From Trichinella spiralis (Eukaryota), in contig NW_003526944.1 in the NCBI RefSeq assembly GCF_000181795.1, positions 5,176,913-5,240,912 of the forward strand: DNA of 64,000 nt, read 5' to 3'. A program made the translations under genes and the position numbers. Each line of letters starts with the position of its first letter. Position 1 is the first letter of the stretch. The notes beneath the pieces are model-generated. The model had not been told where the DNA came from and made no database searches. It was given only the letters and a program-made list of their open reading frames with translations. This document shows, in pieces, positions 27,777 through 40,900 of the stretch.

Positions 27777-29648
27777 TCAATTGAGCATCGGTTGGCATTT
27801 TATAGTTGAGATGTGTCTTCGGAGAAGGACTGTGTGTTGTCGTCCACTTTCAAAAATGTGATCGTATTGGGATTGTAGGTGGGTTGTGTGAAATTTTTCT
27901 TGAAAAGCACCACATGTCGACCTATTTTTAGAAGCATATTTTTGTTTTGATATAAATGTTAATTTTTAATTTGACAACATTACCGGTCCAAGTTTTTTGA
28001 TTTGTCCAGATGATCGCTTTGCAAACAGTCTGGGCAGTGCACAGACTTTGTGCTTCATGCAAATTGGCCACACTGAGAACGCAACTATTTTGCGTGGTGC
28101 TGTCGTGACAGGGATAATCGAAAAGCGTTGGCAGGTCGGCATTTTTGTAACGTTTGAATTCTTAAACGAGAAAATTCGGTTAAAAATGATAAATTTTAAT
28201 AATATTTCAATAATTGAATTACCCGCTCGTGAAGAAGAATTAGCTTTGAAATATTGACCAGTCGAATAATTGTGCACCAATTTCTGAGCAAATTGTCTAA
28301 GCAAATTGGACGGCATGTTTTGCTTTTGAAAACTTTCTTTTAAATGGGATATTTGATCTTGAAGCGCTTGGGGTACTCCAAATTGGAGTAGAAAGAGGAA
28401 ATGCTTGGCCGTATTGAAAATGTTTGTCAAATCGTTGGAATCTGAAAATCAGGATCAAATTTTAGCCAACTTTATATTATTATTTATCCATTCGTATATC
28501 TACTTTGGCAAATGCCTTCGATGCATTGGACAATTTGGTTGTAATTTTCAATGCCTGCTTTTTTCAACCGCTCGTTGCAGTCGCTTTGCGAGTGGCAAGT
28601 TGGCTCTTCAAGACCGACATCATCGACGTCGACGAGTTTCAAATTTTTATCACATATTACAAACTGCTGGGCGCGAAGGTCGTTCAAAACTACACCTCCG
28701 ACTGGTTGTTCGGAGAAATATTCCAAAAGTTTTAATATTGAATATAAAATCTGGAAAAAAATGAAATTTGAAAATGCAAAAAATGAAATTTTTTTGTTTT
28801 CTTTCTTGTTGTTTACTTTCAAACGTTCTTCCCAGTTCATTTGCAAAAGGATGAACAGATTCAAAGGCTCGCCTAATTCACTGACAATTGCCAATTTGTC
28901 GATGCTATTCTCGGATGAAGGATCTGATGGAATGCAATAGCCGATGAGCTGAAATTAACAATAATACAAATAATATCTTGAATATGTAATGTGTTGTGTA
29001 ATTTGTTGAAAATATTGAAAAATAAGCAGCAGCAAATATATATATTACCTCAATTATATTGGGATGTTTGAATTGACTTAAAGCGACAATTTCTTTGATG
29101 AACTTTTTAGCAATTTTTTGTCTGCAATGTTGATCCGATTGAAGTTCTGCTTTGCAATTTTTCATCATCTGTCCTTCGAAGTTGACCATTTTTATGGCCA
29201 CCTTTCGCTTGGCCAGTGTTGCTTGATAAACTAATTTGGTCCAACCGGCCGTCAAAAATCTCATCGAATCGGTCATTGAAAAAATATCCTGACAATTTAA
29301 AAGTGGCGGCATATTCGACTTCATCAAAGTGGTATTCTTGAATCTCCATTCTGTATTGTTTACCAGTTGGAAGAATATGTCAGTATTTTCCAGATCTTCC
29401 GTTCTTATGCATCCTCTTGACCATTGAGCATCTGTTGTCGTAGCCGGTGGTGCATTTGCTTGATTCTGTTGATCGTCGTCCAACAATGACCATTGGAAAA
29501 CAATCACCATCAGTGGAATTACCGTTATCGATGTCAGTAGAATCAGGCATGGCTTGAAAAATTGATTGTCAAATTTGCTTTCACGATGGTCGATCAGAAG
29601 TGTTTTTCTGTCATCTTTGTTTGGATATTTGAAAATTGTATTCAACAT
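27777..29648 (-). CDS. PKDCC: PKDCC/VLK-type secretory-pathway protein kinase, 6 exons
   Basis: Approximate exons 29648-29049, 28948-28817, 28750-28504, 28441-28223, 28160-27985, 27922-27777. Signal anchor; GWTKLVY, VAIKMV, KEI..HPNII..GYC, ELGEP, DLRAQQFV, DVDD; Cys-rich tail DYPC..SCVLSV..C..WTNQKTWTGRHVVLFK matching PKDCC. Confidence 0.88.
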
Positions 29649-29842
29649 ATTGTGCCAAGTTGTAAATTGTTTTATACCTTAAATGGAGAATTATTAGAAT
29701 TATATTTGTAATGGAAATGTTTTATTTGAAAGAATAACAAAAGTGGATGGATGATTAATTAATTTGTTGCAATTGTTATGCAATATAATGTTGTTATTGG
29801 AGGAGGAAGTTTATGCAAGTGATTGATGATTGACTGAGTTGG

Positions 29843-29868
29843 CTATAGCTAGCTAGCTAGCTAGCTAG
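29843..29868. repeat. (TAGC)n self-complementary microsatellite
   Basis: gctatagctagctagctagctagctag upstream of the kinase. Confidence 0.8.
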
Positions 29869-32800
29869 TAAGCGAGCGGTGCGTGTAGGTTCATATGAAA
29901 CTGAAGAATTGCTGTTCAATTGGACAATAATTAATTAAGCAAAACGGTTGAAAAATGCTCTGTCATGTCAGTTTCGCTTATTGATGATGTGTTGAATACG
30001 AACTGCACCACATTTGTGACATGCAGCTTGTCAACAGTGAAAACTGTCATCTGTTTTCGTGCAAATCAGAAAACACATACCACTGGCTTAGTGAATGTAG
30101 TAGATTTATTTCATGCTACTACGATTTGTCATGGTCGTCAAGTTTTATTTCATTTCACTTTTTTTAATTCGCAAACAATAATTAATTGTTGATTAATAAG
30201 GCATCTGTTGGACAATTTACAACAATTTCATGAAACACGTCCATACACGATGTGCGATGTTTAACTTTTCAACAGATAATTAATTATATGTGGATTTTTT
30301 TGGCATAATTATTCAAACAACTAAATTATTAGTATTGCCAAATTAATTTCGCCATTCTTTTTTCGTAGTAGTTATATGATAAAACTGATAATTGGAAGAG
30401 GAATTTCTTAATTTTACACAGAATAACTGTAGTTAATTTGTGTTTTTTCTTTCTTTCCATCATCATGTACTTTCTATATATAGAGCGGTACTGTAAAGAT
30501 GGTATTAAAGCAAAAAACAAATTTAATTTATCTGAAATACAACCATTATATGTGCTGATTGATAATTGAAATAAGTAAATCTCAGTTCAGTGAATATGAT
30601 CAAGTATGCATGTGAAAAGTTGTACTGATTTATTGGTTATATAAGTTATTATAGTTTATTTTTTTATTAACCATAAATAAAATAATAATAATAATTAATG
30701 TAAGTTGACTTTGTAATGAAAATATATGTAGTAAAAGAATTTCAGTTACCTTCTTCATTGATCAGTGTTACATCATCTGAGGGGACATTTTATACATTAC
30801 ATCACGTTCATAAATTAGTGTATTTTTGAAGTAATGATGAATGATTGAAATTTCACCATTTTTTCTATATGACTTGTGATTTTAAAATTGAAAACAACGG
30901 CGAACGAACACGCCTGTTCGAAAGCGAAAGAGAGAGAGAGAGATATTCATAAATTCATAAGGTGATGTGAAGAAGCAATTTTTATTAGTTATGATTGATA
31001 GATTGAAATTGATTTGATTTGATGGAATTGCATTTGTCTTCAAAATTGCATATAGATTTTGTTTCTTGGCTCATAATAGCGATATACAGCAGTAGCAGCT
31101 AATATGAAAATTTGTTCAACATTGTGACAGACAAGCAGCTGTGATGGAAAAGCAGTTTTCTTCTGCCAATGAAACTGGTTCAGTGTCAAAGAACATGTTG
31201 CACGATATGCGATGATGACGCACACGTGTGCAGCTCACGAATAGTTTTAATATTAGTGGCATTTTATGCATATTTATACACTGCCAACTGAGTGGTGATC
31301 AAATTTAAAAATTCACTTCAATGTTGTTGATCACGTTGACGCTGACGCTGATGATAATGATGGTGGTGATGTTTGCTCAATTTTACTTGCGGCTGTTCAC
31401 ATTTTTTCCCAAATTCTTTTTTTAAACTATTCAAAAACTCATCAAAGAAAAAATCAGAAAAATTTTCTCATTCTCTTATTATTATTTGAAAATTATTAAT
31501 TTTCAAATATCGATAACTATACTACTGTTAATTCAGAAATGCAATTTCTGAAATTTATGTATATATATATATATGGGTGTAAATGAGTTGTGTGTTTTTT
31601 TTCTCAGGTTATTTTATCACTTCCACTGTAACAATTAGGATATAATTTGAAGAAAAAAACTGTTGAATTTATAACTTCATTTCTTAGTCAACTTGTGTCA
31701 CTTTTATCACCGTTTAATATCTTTCTTTCATATTTTGCATTTATGGATAAAATAAAATGGTGTGCTGTGTTGAAAATTATCGATTTTCATAGATGAAAAT
31801 TAAGCAACCATTCATTTTCTTGGCAACTAGTTTCTGTTTGAACTGAATCTCTCTTATCAATGCTATAAGACGAAGCAAAATATACTGACTGGAAAAGATT
31901 GTTGTTATGTGGTGCAGAAATTGATTTTTACAAAAATTTAAAATTCCACTCAAGACAAGAAGCAGAAGAGTGAAGTGAAATTTCCACAGAACGATCTTTT
32001 CACGCGTTGAATGGAATTTGAAAAATTTTTTTCTCATAATAAACCGATATTCATTCAGTAAAATTGCCAATTAGGAGCAATTAATGAAATTGCACCATTT
32101 GTGTATTGTGATGCATCATTGAAATTGAGATTTTCCATTTTCAGACCGTTCCATATCAAATCAGTAATTTTGGTTTTGTTTTTCAACTTGTTTCAAATTA
32201 GCAATTAAAATTCAATATCAATTTGTGTATAAATAAATTGTAAAATTTATATAGCAGAGAAGAGAATTTTGAACAAATAATAAATGTTCATTTTATTCTA
32301 AAACAGCATTTTGCAAATGCTTGTGCAGTTTTTCTTTTTTGCAATATTTTGCAATATTCAAATTACACTTATTTATCGAGAATTAAATTTCGCTTTTTTC
32401 TTTGCCATCGCAAATAATATGATTTCTACCCACGAGATGAAAAGCAGACTTTGATATTTGCTGATAAATATGCTTTTTTTAGATTCTAATAAACATAAGT
32501 GTCGCAGAAATTTTACGTTTTCTAAAATCAATATTTTGACGAGCCAATTCTCTCTTATAGCTTAGACATATTGTTTATACAACTGGTTTTAATGAAAGTG
32601 TCTGAATTTTTCAATTGAACAACGCAATAGCAGGGATACATACTATTTGTGCAATGCAATGCAGTGTTATGTAATGATGAGGGGAGAGGGGCAGAATGAG
32701 CAAAGAAGGAAAATTAATTATCCACAAATAGCTGGAAATTAATTTGTCATTATTCCAATTATTATTATTATTATTATTGCTTAAAAACTAAGGGTAGAAT

Positions 32801-33554
32801 ATTATTATTATTTATTAGCGGTTTGTTGATATTGTTGGAATTTTCATACAGTTCTGATATTGTGAACAAATGCAAATGAGCGGAAAGCTTGGGTTGAAAA
32901 ATGGAAGCAAGCTTGACAGGGAAAAGGTGATTGAAAACAACCGACTATATATAAGTATAGAGGGGAAAATCTCTCAGGAAGAGTGGTTCATTGATCAAAG
33001 ATGTTGACAAAGTGCATCTGACTTCATCGACCGAATGCAATATGTGATATTTGCTATAAGGCCGAATAGTCATCGATAAAAATTCACAAAGCGAAAAATG
33101 GAAAGCCACCAATAAAAGAAGAAGAAGACAGAAAAAGCGTTGATGTGCAACAACCATTTGCACATTTAACACTATCGAAACAATTTTTATGTTGTAAATG
33201 AAAACAAATTTGAAGAAATTTCTTTTTTACTTACCTTATTTTATACAAATGCATACGTATGTAATTAATAGATGCATGTAGATGTGGTGACAATTTGCCC
33301 GTAGCTTTGGTGATTTACATGCTGCATGTCAGCATAGAATGGTGCATGGGAAATATTTTTCAAATGAATTGACGATTTTCGGTTTAGTTATTATTTCATT
33401 TTATCATAATAATAATAATCATCATCATATTATTATTATTATCAATACTGTTGCAACAAGAAGATTCTACAGAGGGCCTTCGAGCAATATGTGGTCTTTG
33501 TATGCACCTGCTAGAAATTTGTGTGGCTGGTGCTATTCCACAATGCTGATTGGC

Positions 33555-33782
33555 TAGTTTAAGGGGGCGGGGTGGGTTAATAGCAAATGATCGATCGTCA
33601 TCCCGCCCTTAGTCAAACAGGCGGAAACCGAAAACGTCCAGCTTCGGTCAGCAGCACATGTGTCAATCAAGTATTGTCAAAAAGGTTTTGTCAGCCTTGC
33701 TTAGCGGGTGGTCAGGTTAACCGGATCCTCCCTCCTTCAGTTCCCATTTTGTGACTGGTATGCTTGGCTTGACCTGGCCGAG
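33555..33782. promoter_or_regulatory. GC-rich island with GC boxes; candidate promoter
   Basis: GGGGGCGGGG ~33562 and CCCGCCC ~33602 within a long AT-rich intergenic tract. Confidence 0.35.
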
Positions 33783-36764
33783 AAATATATTATTCTGTAT
33801 CTTTTTCTTTGTCTCATCTTTTCTTAGCTCTTCTTTTCACTCCTTTTTTTTATGCAAAACATTTTCCATAATCCAATTAACAATGAGCATAAACTATTTT
33901 TTGTAACAAAAGTGCGAATGCAATTTTGAATTTATTATTCTTATTTCAATTCATTTTCTTACAACATTTATGGAATGAAATGCTTCAGTTTTATTTTTGC
34001 AAGCGAAATGCTGCTGAAAAATATTCAAGCTTGCTTAAATTGGATGGAACGAAGAATTTAATTGAAATTTTTCAAACTGTATATTAATGCAAAGGTGATG
34101 CAAACTTTTGCAAAAGTTCGTTCAAATTTCAAAATAGTAGTTTTGTATGTTTTCAGAGAAATAGTAATATGGTGCATGTTTACTGCGTTGACATTTTTAC
34201 GTGTCAATTTTTAATAACTGGGAGGAGTGATTATATTTATTTTGTGCTCATATTATCGTTTGTTGGTATTTCATTCTATTTCTGGTGCTTCAACATTTGT
34301 ACAAAATTTTTCCATTTCATTTACAACGACATGCCATTTTTTCTGTGTCTTTCTTTATCTACAATGAAAGAAAGCAATGCTGTAAGAAAATTCAATCAGA
34401 CACAGTATGCTTGAATATTTGATTTAATAAAAGTGCAATTATTATTATTATCATTATTATTACTATTTCAGCTTTGGTATTATAATAAAAGCATGCTGAT
34501 TTCAAATTTGTATTTTCTCTTTGCTAGCTAGCATTTGTATCTGGTTGAAACTTTTTCTTCTTCAGCTGCTGTTCAGTGGAACAGCAGCTGAAGTCGAGAG
34601 TGAGTGAACTTGTTGTTTGTGTGAAAATTTCTTGGCAAGTATTTGGCGAATAATTAATGTCTGAAAATTTTTTATTTGCTCTTTATCGATTTTCAAATAA
34701 TCATAAGCACCACTTCATCAAGCGAAGCTTTTTTCACAACATGCAAATATTTCAGTCAGTTTTGCAGTTTATTAAAAAAAATAGTATGATCCGGTGAAAC
34801 AGTAATGAAAATAGCAGATCATAATCCAATACGTCATTACAGAAGTGGCCTTTGGTAGTTAAAAAAAGTTACAAAAAGCAAAATCCAAAGTTTCCCCTTG
34901 TGCTAAACTGTTTTTTATGATACCTTATTTGAATTTAAATAACTTTTGAATTAAAATCAAATTTGCACAGTGGAAAACTGAAGTTGAGAATAAATTTTAC
35001 GTCAATAGACAAGTAAGTGTGAAGTCGACTGGTTGATTGGCAATATACCAGTTTGATTTTTTCATCTGCTGAATAATATCTGTGAAATTTAAAAAAAAAA
35101 CGAAAATTTAGGATGTCGTGTGAAACGATTGTTTTATCACGGATATTTATTTAAATGCAATATAAAAGCAGTGCATTTTTTGAATTGTTCATTTTGATGA
35201 AGACTCAAATTAAACACATCAGTGTAGAAGTTATGTAATAATTTGATATTTGATCTTAGTTCAATATTTTGTTGGTAATCTCGTATGTGGTGTTATGTTA
35301 ATTTGGATTGGGAAGATTTTTATTTGTTTATTGATTTATTTATTTATTACAATAATTCATTTTTCTTTTTATTAACATGGATTTATTATGACAGTATTTT
35401 GAAGTTGCTGTCGTAGTGTGTATGAAAGAATGATAAATGAATGATTGTTGATTATTATTTGAACAGAAAATAGGAAACTTGATTTGTTGGCTTGAATTTG
35501 CAAACTGCAAAAATGTTCCACATTTTCTGAACCAGGATGATGATGTTTAATGATGGTTAAAATGGAAATTTGAAAATGCTGCACAACGGGGACAAGAAAT
35601 TTGATATGCTTTACTGCGGTGTATCTGTTTCCATGGACTCGCCACTGTCAAGTCAGTTTTAGTCGCATGTCAGTCACATTGTGAAATCTTTTTTTACAGT
35701 TGGTTTGGCTCATCTACCGAAGCTGAACAACGAAAGTAGAGAAATGTTGACAAGTGCATATTAATTCAATTTGTTTCCATAACTTGAATATGCAAATTAT
35801 TTGGCTAATTTGAATATTTCAATAATTTAAAGCGGAACGGAAGAAAAGCGTTAATTTTTTTTCAGTGAATTTTGCTGAAAACATCAGCTGTGAAAGGTGA
35901 AAAATTTTCATTTCTAAAAAATTTCAATTCAACTGCATAGTTGGTTGCGCGGATCGGTGGGTGGTAATTGGAAATATTTGAATTTTGATGAAAGATTTTC
36001 CTATTTCTTTTTGCCAGCTTGTTTTGTTATTCATTTAATTAATTTAATTGCATTTATTTTTTTTCTAATTGGTAGAACATTTATTTTATTTTATTTTAAC
36101 AGTTCATTCATCACTGATGCTGTATGTTTGTTAATTACAATTGAATAGTTGTTTATTGTTTGCCAATTTTGTCTATGGACGGACGATTGAAGCAAGATGA
36201 TGGTGTTGAGATGAATTTATTGTTATTTTGCATTTATTATTTTGTTTTTTGTTTATTTCGTAGTATATGTGAATAATGGAATCATTGTTTTGTGTATTAT
36301 TTGTAAAGTAAATGCAAATATTAGAGAGAACGTTTCAAAGCTCTGCTTTTGCTGGTTATTGTCTTTGTCAATACAATGCTAACGTTATTTTGCAATGAGA
36401 CAGGAGAGAAAGAGAATATTTGGTTTGACTGATGGTGGGGAAGTGTCTTCGACGACACTTGCCCTCAGGAATGGGATAATGCCAACGGAAGCTTGTTTCA
36501 AACTGGGTCAATACAAAGTTGAACATTTTCACATCAGTGTCGTGACAAATTTGATTTATTATTCACCTATAAATTACATGCTGTTATTATTATTATTATT
36601 ATTATTATTAAAGAGATTTGTATGGTTAATTTTGGAAGAAATGTTTCACATGTTTGTCGTTTTTAATGGAAATTTGAAATCAGAAAAGCTTAATTATTCA
36701 TTTATTATTAATTTTATTATTTTGTGCAGTAGAGTAAGTACGCTGACACGGTTTGAGAACCACT

Positions 36765-37176
36765 GCCTTAGCTGATCTGTGGAACGGAGCTTAAGAAATT
36801 ATCCCGCCAGACAACGTCAGTACACGGCAGTGATCGAAGCGTATCTACGAAATGGATCGACGGAGGAGGTGATCATCCAGATTTGGCAACTCGGTAAAAC
36901 ACGGTGCCTCCTCCACATCACGCAGCATACCAGACCGCAGACGGTCGAACGAAATGTCATACAGTAATTCGGTGGATCAGCCAAATATGGCGGTGTTGTA
37001 ATGAATGATCAACATGACACGGTTCTGAACGTTCAGACCAACCTTCCGGGTGATTCTACTGCGCTTTGGGCTGCAGTACAGAATTGCGGTGCAGACTGAC
37101 ATCCAGAAAATGTATCTGCAAGTGGGGCTGCGAGCCGAAGACCAGGATGCATGCCGCTTTCTTTGCCGCGACTGCA
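36765..37176 (+). mobile_element. BEL/Pao retrotransposon reverse-transcriptase remnant
   Basis: Frameshifted RQYTAVIEAYLRNG..GSAKYGGV..ILLRF..YRIAVQTDIQKMYLQVGLRAEDQDACRFL, matching the Pao RT region. Confidence 0.85.
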
Positions 37177-37406
37177 TATTGTATGCTCCGCCGCGCATCG
37201 CTGTATCCCCTTGTTTTACATTTTTGTTCTTGCTTTCATTTGTCGTCGACTGAAATTGATTTTCATTACAACAACCCAATAAATAAATTACGCTCCATTT
37301 CTTACAGGCGCAATAAAAGCCCAACACTACATTATGTCATATCGATGGCGGCCATGCAGGGCTATTTAAGAAGGGGAAAATATCATGTTATCCATGCTAG
37401 CCAGTG

Positions 37407-39170
37407 ATATTATTAAAAGGTGTTGAATGAAGTAAATCATAACAGATTTAATAATTTTGGAAAGTATAACAAGTAAATGAATAAAGCGTCTATATAAAAG
37501 TCAACAAGAAGTTACAACATTATCTTTTTTTTCCTTTGATATAAATGATGAGCATTGGAACAGAAGAGCAAACTTTATTAATAAAAAGCAGTTTTGGATA
37601 ATGTTCTGTATGGGCTTTGCTTCGGCTGAAAAGGCTTTTCGCAGCTTTTCACAAAACAGAAAAGCCCACAAAATTTCAATATTTTCAGAGAACATTTTTT
37701 CCTTACAAAAATCACTTGAATCTATCAGAAAGGATTATACAACTATTGCAAACATATCCGTACCGTGTTTTAGTGTTTAATGTTCGAGAAATTGCGGAAA
37801 AAATAATGGAAACACCATTCCAATATCTTAGCACTCAAATTGCCAAGTAAAATTTATCTAGAACCATCCCACTTAAATTGAATCATTTTAATTGCTTCTT
37901 AATTAAAAGATAATTATTTGTAAAATTAAAATGCAGCATTTTGAAAAAATGTAACAACTAGAAAAATGAGAATAGTTTTCAGCAATTAAAACGGACTTTA
38001 TTAGTTACTGAGGGCCGTAAACAAAGTCAGAGAATGCTTCATATGGCTACTACTTGCCACGTAAATCGACAAAAGGTTTCGTATTTTGCGTTCTTCTCTG
38101 CATTTTACAGCAGATTTCGGCGTAGAACTCGGTATATGGTTATGTACCATTTGGTTTGTTCACTTTGTAAGAGTGTACAAACCACCATATCAACCATCAG
38201 TGGAATACGAACAAGTGGACGTTTCCACTGCCAATTGAAATGAAATAATATTTATATTTATAATTAGAGCAAAGTTTTGTTTTTCATAAAAAATTTTTTA
38301 TGAAAGAACAGTATAAATAATAAAACTAAGTGATAGAAGTGTTCATAAACAAATTACTATACGCGTTTCTGACTAATGTATTGCTTTAAATTAAAAGCAA
38401 ATTGTTTGAAATTAATAATAGGCAATTTTCAACATTAAGCGTAACATATATATGATTTTTGCTACTTTCTCTATGAAATGTATTTGAAACGTTGCAAAGC
38501 GTATATTGCTTGCAGCCCTTCAATGCTTTTCGTGTCTTAGGCCGACTGCTTCTCAAATCTTAGAGGTACTGAATCTAAGCACCAACCACCAGTGGAATAC
38601 GAACAAGCAAATGTCTCCACCGCCGATTTCCATAAAACTTTTCTTTACATTTATAATTAAGAATACAAATTATTACTTTCATTTGTATTTTTTATTTTAA
38701 ACCCATTTGTTCAGAATTTTATAATATTTTTATTTAAATAATTACCGATTACATATATTGAAATTCTTTTCTTCTATTTTTCAAATGATTATTATCATAA
38801 TAGCAAATTTTTGTTTTTAATAAAACATTTTCATGAAACAACTGTAAATAAATGAAACTACAATATCGAAATGTTTGAAAACAAAATTGCTGTAAGCGTT
38901 TCTGACTAATGTATTGCTTTAAACTTAAAATAGTTCTATGAGGAAAAATCTACACAAAAGGAAAATATTCTTTTCTCCATATTAAATCTTACTTTGACTA
39001 TATTATGAAATTTGCAGTGATGGATTGAATAAATATATCCTATTAAAATGTTATTTCATAGCACAGTTTAACTCTTCTATTGTCCGTGATTTAAATACTA
39101 ATGAATAATATTAATTTGCAGCCATTGAATTCCACTTAATTTATTGAATTTTTGAATACAGTCTGGTTCC
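37407..39170 (+). repeat. Modular AT-rich repeat family, left arm of an inverted pair
   Basis: 37407-38270 is a near reverse complement of 42175-42986; ORFs 37501-37695 and 42718-42912 are almost identical. The inner part matches ~41340-41850 more loosely. Confidence 0.85.
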
Positions 39171-39439
39171 ATTAATCGATTAAATGATTATTTAAATTAA
39201 TGTCTTGAAAATAATTAGACGTTATTCGTTATCAGTAATTCAATTTATCGGTAATGTTTTTTGTCGTCAAAATTATACAAATTTAAAATGTTTGCATGGT
39301 TCCATTGATATGATAATAACCTAATTATCTCAGTTACTCTATGTCTCTTGTTTTTCTTTGCTCAAGATGTCGAACGCATCCTAATTAATGTTGTCGGGTT
39401 GTAATTTTGTCGCTTGTTTTGTACAGTATTTCTTGAATG

Positions 39440-39960
39440 GAATCTGAGTGGATCTGTTGGCTTCGATGTGGACACTATATCAATTCAGATGTTTTTTGTG
39501 CGGCAGACGATTCACAGTAAGAACGGATCATGGTAGTCTGACGTGCCTTCAGACCTTCAAAGAACTAGAGGACCAAGTTATACGATGCCTGGACCAACTT
39601 GCGGAATTCGACTTTGAAGTTATCCATCCTCTTTGCAGAGAACATCAGAATGCTGACACACTTTCCAGAGAAGCATGTGAGCAATGGGCCAAAACACCCC
39701 CACACGTTGAGCAGCTATCGACAGCATGATTGGAAAATGTCAAAAGTGGGAATCCGGTCCAATATGGTCGGTGTGGACACCAGACCAAGTGGAGACATCG
39801 CAAGAGGAAGATTCAGCCATCACACAAATGCGCAAGTGGGTGACAAGCACGACATTCCCAACCAGGTTTCCCTCCCTGACAGTAGCAGGACCCTGCAAAG
39901 TCTGCTGTCACAGAACGACCAGATGAATGTAAAAGGCGGATTGCTATTTCGCACATGACA
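39440..39960 (+). mobile_element. Gypsy/Ty3 pol remnant (RNase H end and linker)
   Basis: QFRCFLCGRRFTVRTDHGSLT..LAEFDFEVIH..HQNADTLSR. Confidence 0.85.
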
Positions 39961-40296
39961 GACAGCGTAAACGTAATGAACCGTAATGCACATGGAGGAG
40001 CAAGAACAAAATTGGAGGAAGCCACGACCAGGTTAAGGATGCATAGGTTGTATCGAATCATTTGTTGGTCAAATGAGGTAAGTATATTCATGTTGCAGAA
40101 GATACGATTTGGCGATGTCAAGTGAGGAAGGTTCTTCATTACAAAGACACAATGAATACAATATATTACCATGCTCACAGACGTAACAAAAGCCAAGTGC
40201 TGTGTTATTTTATAGCGATGATCTCCATGTAGGATTAGCTAATAGGGGGAATCACGTTTGCTATTACTAGATTCCAGCCAGCAATATTATGTAGTT

Positions 40297-40900
40297 TGTA
40301 AGAACAAAAACAAAGCAGTTAAAATGGTAAAATTAAAAGAAAATGCAAAGTCTTTCTTTGCTATTTGGGCAGGCAGAGCGCACGCTCCCCTTCAGTGGAG
40401 CGGGAAAAGCCTAGGCTTTCCGCGCTGAAGAGGCGGGTGAGACTTAGTCGTTTCACCTGCCTCAGATGTGCGGGCAGTTTAGTGTTTAACCTCTCTCCCA
40501 GGAGAGGGAAGATTGTACGTTTTGCCTGTCATCCACAGGGGGGAGATTTTACATGTTTCCTTGCCTTCGGGAATGAGGTGATGCGACCCGGGTGCAACGG
40601 GATGGGTCAACTGCAATTTGATCCGCCTATTGTCTTGCTGACAGTCCCCTGGCTTTCGGCCCTTCTGTAAAGTAATTACGATCTCAACAACCTGAACATC
40701 GATAACCCACAGTAGGAGAGCTAATTTTGGCATAAAGTGACGTGAGTCGACGTGCTAACGAGTTCGGTATTGCTGTGAGTGTACCCCTTTGCGTGTGTGT
40801 TATCGCTTTATATAGTTATTCCCAACTGAATAAAAGTGTTGTTTCGTTAAATAAATAGATTGGCTTGTTGTTAAAAGGCATAAAGGTCACACTTCTATAA
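40297..40900 (+). mobile_element. Probable LTR
   Basis: Starts TGTAAGA; GC-rich body; TTTATATA ~40808; AATAAA ~40829 and ~40850; next to the Gypsy fragment. No clean right end or TSD found. Confidence 0.45.
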
